Made by a program: the position numbers and the translations under genes. The notes under the pieces were generated by a model that worked only from the letters and a program-made list of their open reading frames with translations, ran no database searches and was not told where the DNA came from. Shown piece by piece: positions 59,523 to 64,000 of a DNA stretch of 64,000 bases. The number at the start of each line of letters is the position of its first letter. Within the stretch, counting starts at the first letter, position 1. Source of the stretch: Tricharina praecox. Taxonomy: Eukaryota. The DNA is taken from assembly GCF_024521635.1 (NCBI RefSeq), contig NW_026250408.1:1178001-1242000 (forward strand). The letters run 5' to 3'.

Positions 59523-60211
59523 TGTGAGACTGGGACGGGTTGGTGCCGTCGGAGTCTATGGTGATATCGAGGATAGAATAAAAGTCAAAGATTTCGACAA
59601 TTCACAACGGAATAATCTTAAGGGTGTTTGTTCGATGGTTTGTTCGGTACGATGATTGTAGTTTGTTCGGTTGCCCGCTCGGTTCGACTTATAGCCGTCC
59701 CGATCCTCAGCACGTGATTCCTCTAGAGTGCGGCCTAACGTAGCTCCGTTGCTTCCTTTGCATCGGAGTTCCGCGGCCTAGCCTTGAGTCGTCGTCAGCT
59801 CTCTTCGGATAGTCTTCTCGACTAGGCAGGTGGTAAACACCACGCGCCCAAGATAGATCGGAGTTTCCGAGCAATTATCTCCCTCATGCGCCGGCAGAGT
59901 TCTTCGCTCGAAGTTGTCTGCCCCCATCGGTCGATGTTCGATTCTCTCGTCATAACAGTTTTTTCCTGGATCGGAGTTCCTACTGCGGGGCCCTATGATC
60001 GGAGATCTCAAAGTCCTCTGGACTGTTATCCCGATCTCCCGCATCTCCGATCACTGTCTAGACTCTGGAATCCGTTTGCTCCCTCCTTCCTATCTTGTCC
60101 TTGATCGCTTCTAACTATCCTTTCGGCTCGCAACTCTATTCTAATCACCCGAACTATCTAATCACATCTCTTGCGACCGTCGTGACCTCCGATACCTATC
60201 GGGGTGTCACA
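59523..60211 (-). mobile_element. Solo LTR of family C in inverted orientation
   Basis: 689-bp reverse complement of LTR C, with TSD CAGGA at 59518-59522 and 60212-60216. Confidence 0.95.
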
Positions 60212-61613
60212 CAGGACAAGACTATCGAACTTATCCGGCGCAATTTCTGGTGGCCAAAGATGGACGAGCAGATTATAGACTTCGTCCGGAGTTGCGCGCA
60301 GTGTCAGAAGGACAAAGCAACAAGGCACCAGCCATATGGACTACTCAATCCTCTCGAGTTACCATACACCCCATGGCAATCAATAGCCATGGACTTCATT
60401 ACCGATCTACCGGAATCCAACGGATGCGACCAGCTATGGGTGGTCGTCGACCGCTTCACCAAGATGGCGCATTTCATCCCCCTACCTAAGGATGGAAAGA
60501 TAGCCGAGGATCTCGCGAAGATTTTTGCCCGCGAGATATGGCGCTTTCACGGATTACCAACAGACATAGTATCGGATCGAGACTCACGGTTTACCTCGGG
60601 TACATGGAAAGAATTCATCCGGCTGCTAGGCATTAAGCCCCGGATGTCAACAGCGTTCCACCCACAGACGGATGGACAAACGGAACGCCTCAACCAGACG
60701 ATCGAAGCATATCTCCGCTCCTTCGTCAACTACGAGCAGAACGATTGGGTGAATCTCCTACCGATGGCTGAGTTTGCCTACAACAACTCGGTTACATCGG
60801 CAACCGGAATGTCGCCCTTCTATGCGAATTTCGGATACCACCCTTCGGCGACAAACCCTGCTGCGGCAAATTCTCTCAACCCCGCCAGCAAGGTCTACGC
60901 TCACTGGATGCATACAGTCCACGAGGAAAACATCAAGACCCTCGAACGAATGCGCGAACGAATGCGCAAGTATGCAGATCAACATCGTCAGGAGGCACCG
61001 GCTTATCAAGTAGGAGACTTGGTAATGCTCAATGGGCGGAACATTCAAACCCGCCGACCCTCGCGGAAGTTGGACCACAAGAACCATGGTCCCTTCCAAA
61101 TCGAGAAGATCGTATCGCCGCTCGCTGTCAAGCTCACTCTGCCAAGGAAGTGGAAGATTCATAATGTCTTTCACGTCTCGCTCGTTAAACCGTTCCGAGC
61201 CGGCACCCGAGCACCACCGGATCCCTCTCAAATCTTACGAGAGGCCGATGATGTGGAAGGCAACGAAGAATACGACGTCGATGAGGTTATGGGCAGCTCG
61301 AAGAAAGGTCGACGAGTGCTCTACCTCGTCAAATGGCTCAACTACCCCGAACGACGGGACTGGACGAACGAGCCATTGGACAACTTCTCAGTAGGCGGTC
61401 GGGAAAACCTACGCGAGTTTCATCGCAAAAATCCCGATGCGCCGAGGGACTACCGGCTCACAGATGAGTAAGAGTTTTTTCCCATGTGGTTTTCTCGAAC
61501 TCGGGCAGGTAGTAGGATGAAGGGGATGGAGGACTTCATCCACAGTTATCAAAGTTAGGATAAAGGCGAGGACTTGGGTGCTTCGGGCCGAAGCCTCGTG
61601 GGAGGGGAGATGG

Positions 61614-62303
61614 TGTGACACCCCGATAGGTATCGGAGGACACGACGGTCGCAAGAGATGAGATTAGATAGTTCGGGTGATTAGAATAGAGTTGCGAGCC
61701 GAAAGGATAGTTAGAAGCGATCAAGGACAAGATAGGAAGGAGGGAGCAAACGGATTCCAGAGTCTAGACAGTGATCGGAGATGCGGGAAATCGGGATAAC
61801 AGTCCAGAGGACTTTGAGATCTCCGATCATAGGGCCCCGCAGTAGGAACTCCGATCCAGGAAAAAACTGTTATGACGAGAGAATCGAACATCGACCGATG
61901 GGGGCAGACAACTTCGAGCGAAGAACTCTGCCGGCGCATGAGGGAGATAATTGCTCGGAAACTCCGATCTATCTTGGGCGCGTGGTGTTTACCACCTGCC
62001 TAGTCGAGAAGACTATCCGAAGAGAGCTGACGGCGACTCAAGGCTAGGCCGCGGAACTCCGATGCAAAGGAAGCAACGAAGCTACGTTAGGCCGCACTCT
62101 AGAGGAATCACGTGCTGAGGATCGGGACGGCTATAAGTCGAACCGAGCGGGCAACCGAACAAAAACACAATCATCGCACCGAACAAACCATCGAACAAAC
62201 ACCCTTAAGATTATTCCGTTGTGTATTATCGAAATCCCTGACTTTTATTCTATCCTCGACTTTACTATAGACTCCGGCGGCACAAACCCGTCCCAGTCTC
62301 ACA
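61614..62303 (+). repeat. Element C 3' LTR
   Basis: Preceded by the PPT and followed by TSD GGTAC. Confidence 0.95.
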
Positions 62304-64000
62304 GGTACTGGGAGGGGGCGCAGGACACCATAGGGTGCGTGCCGGGTGGCCTTGGTTCGCCGGCAGGTGTGGCAGTTTCGGACAAACTGGTCAACGTCCT
62401 TTCGCATCTGTGGCCAGTAGTACCTTCAAGCAAGTAGTTCCAGGGTTTTTGCGCGCCCTGGGTGCCCCATGGTCGGTGGGCCGTGGTGGTCCTGGATCAG
62501 TCGTAGTCGGAGTCGGTCGTACTCTGGAACATAGAGGCAGTCTCGGTAGATCAGTCGCCCGTTGACTTCGCGGCATTCGGCCAAGGAGATCTCCTTCAAG
62601 TGGCGTGTACCATTTCGGAGTAGCTCGAGGATTCGATTTGGGACGGGGTCTATGTCGTAGCCTTCTGTTATCAGTGACGTGAGGAGGGGACGGTCTTGTT
62701 CGGGTGTGTTGGTTGCTGCCAACCGGAGTTCTTCCGGTAGGTTGTCCGGTTTCAGGACTGCCTGCTGGTTGGCGAGCAGTCTTTCATCCCCTTCTTTAGG
62801 GAGGTCTCCTGACCTCCTGGTCAGTGCATCCGGTTTTCCTCCCGCTTTGCCTGGTCGGTAGACAATCTTGAAATGGAAACGGGAAAGGAACTCTGACCAT
62901 CGCGCTTGTCGTCGGTTGAGTAGTTTCGTTGTCATGAAATACTCCAGATTCTTGTGGTCGCTTAGGACTTGGATGGGGTGAGGAGCGCCATCCAAATGTG
63001 GTCTCCACTCCTCAAAGGCGCGGATGATTGCAAGGAGTTCTTTGTCATAGATCTCGTAGTTGCATTCTGCCGGGGAGTGTTTCTTGGAATAGAATGCCAC
63101 TGGGTGCAGGATTCCCTCGTTGTCGTACTGAGATAGCACTCCGGCAGAGACGTAGTCGGAGGCGTCAGTTTCCACTACTATTTGCCGATCGTAGTCGAAG
63201 TGCCGGAGGATCGGGGCCGAGGTGAATGCTGTTTTTAGTTCGTCGAATGCTTTCTGCTGTTCCGGTCCCCACACGAAGGGAACATACTTTCCATCCTCCT
63301 TCTTGGTCAATGCTGTCAGTGGGGATACCACCTTGGAATAGTCTTGGATGAATCGCCGGTAGAAGTTCGCAAATCCCAGAAAGCATTGCACATCGGTGAC
63401 GGTACTCGACTCCTCCCATTCCAGTATACAGGAGACTTTCGCGGGGTCCATCTTGATCCCGTTTGTTGTAATGATCAGTCCCAAATACTTGACTTCCGTC
63501 TGGTGGAAATGACATTTTTCGGGTTTGAGATGTAGACTGGCTGCTGATAAGGCCTGAAGTACTTTCCTGACATGTTTCCGGTGTTCATGTAAAGATCCGC
63601 TGTAAATGAAGACGTCATCGATGAATGCGGTACAGAAGCCGTCGAGGAACGGGCGTAGCACATCGTTGATCAGAGCTTGGAAGTCGGCAGGGGCGTTGGT
63701 GAGGCCGAAGGGCATGACGAGGGATTCGAAGAGCCCATAGCGTGTCCGGAAGGCAGTTTTCCACTCTTGTTCTTCCGCCATCCGCACAAGGTTGTAGGCA
63801 CCGCGGATAACCAGGGTGGTGAAGTATTTTGCCCCGGATAGCCGCATCAGAGTTTCTTGGAGGAGTGGGAGTGGGTACCTGTTCTTGATTGTTCCTTCGT
63901 TCAGGCCCCTGTAATCCACACACAGGCGTAGGGAGCCGTCCGATTTCTTGACAAACAGGATTGGCGATGCTGCTGGAGAGGAAGAGGCACGGATGAAACC

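Larger units (their letters stand above)
50765..61471 (+). pseudogene. Element C pol interrupted by B2 and by the solo LTR
   Basis: Pieces 50765-51070, 57268-59522 and 60217-61471 rejoin in frame as IKRSLAR|ELGLP and GHMGQD|KTIE. Motifs LLDTG, YIDD, integrase and chromodomain. Confidence 0.93.
48042..62303 (+). mobile_element. Ty3/Gypsy chromovirus family C inserted in the B1 integrase; host of B2 and a solo LTR
   Basis: 690-bp LTRs at 48042-48731 and 61614-62303 (about 6 differences by eye). TSD GGTAC at 48037-48041 and 62304-62308. PPT GGGAGGGGAGATGG. Confidence 0.97.
38909..64000 (-). mobile_element. Ty3/Gypsy chromovirus family B, copy B1 (host of A and C; disabled; continues beyond the window)
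   Basis: The 3' LTR is split into 38909-39087 and 46540-46919 (559 bp rejoined). Integrase and chromodomain lie at 46920-48041 and RT-RNase H at 62304-64000. Highly similar to B2, but with indels and a CGA>TGA stop at 62426-62428. Confidence 0.95.

Noticed and set aside
57118..61471. 845-aa and 458-aa ORFs as independent genes
   Set aside because: Their starts (and the end of the 845-aa ORF) come from inserted LTR sequence fused to fragments of the element C pol.
39083..62308. Target-sequence consensus among the TSDs (AGGAC, GGTAC, CACGA, CAGGA)
   Set aside because: Too few sites and no consistent motif.
1..64000. tRNA, rRNA or snoRNA genes
   Set aside because: None was recognisable by eye; a covariance-model scan would be needed to exclude them.

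Overview
Fungal genomic DNA with GT-AG introns and CTRAC branch sites; it looks like a filamentous ascomycete, possibly Pezizomycetes (inference). Bases 1-37 kb are gene-containing: partial SQS1-like gene, ATG4, a Gap1/GapA-type RasGAP, a small conserved protein, Nsl1/Mis14, a head-to-head pair of apparent paralogs, a secreted BBE-like FAD oxidase, RRP6 and an F-box-like gene. A small transposon graveyard lies at 4.9-7.1 kb and two hAT-type MITEs at 30-31 kb. From about 38.5 kb to the window end is a nested stack of Ty3/Gypsy chromovirus LTR retrotransposons whose internal order can be resolved from 5-bp target-site duplications (TSDs). Host element B1 (minus) carries element A in its 3' LTR and element C in its integrase. 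C carries an apparently intact copy B2 and an inverted solo LTR of its own family. Two or three further LTR ends are stacked to the left. All three families show Tf1-type self-priming complementarity instead of a tRNA PBS, and a -1 frameshift signal at the gag-pol junction. The most unexpected signal is in the non-coding DNA, which is littered with TA-(2-4 nt)-TA words, including 18 copies of TACCGGTA. In four places such words are demonstrably or probably insertions into older elements, consistent with large numbers of Tc1/mariner excision footprints. All protein assignments are by motif recognition only; no database searches were run.
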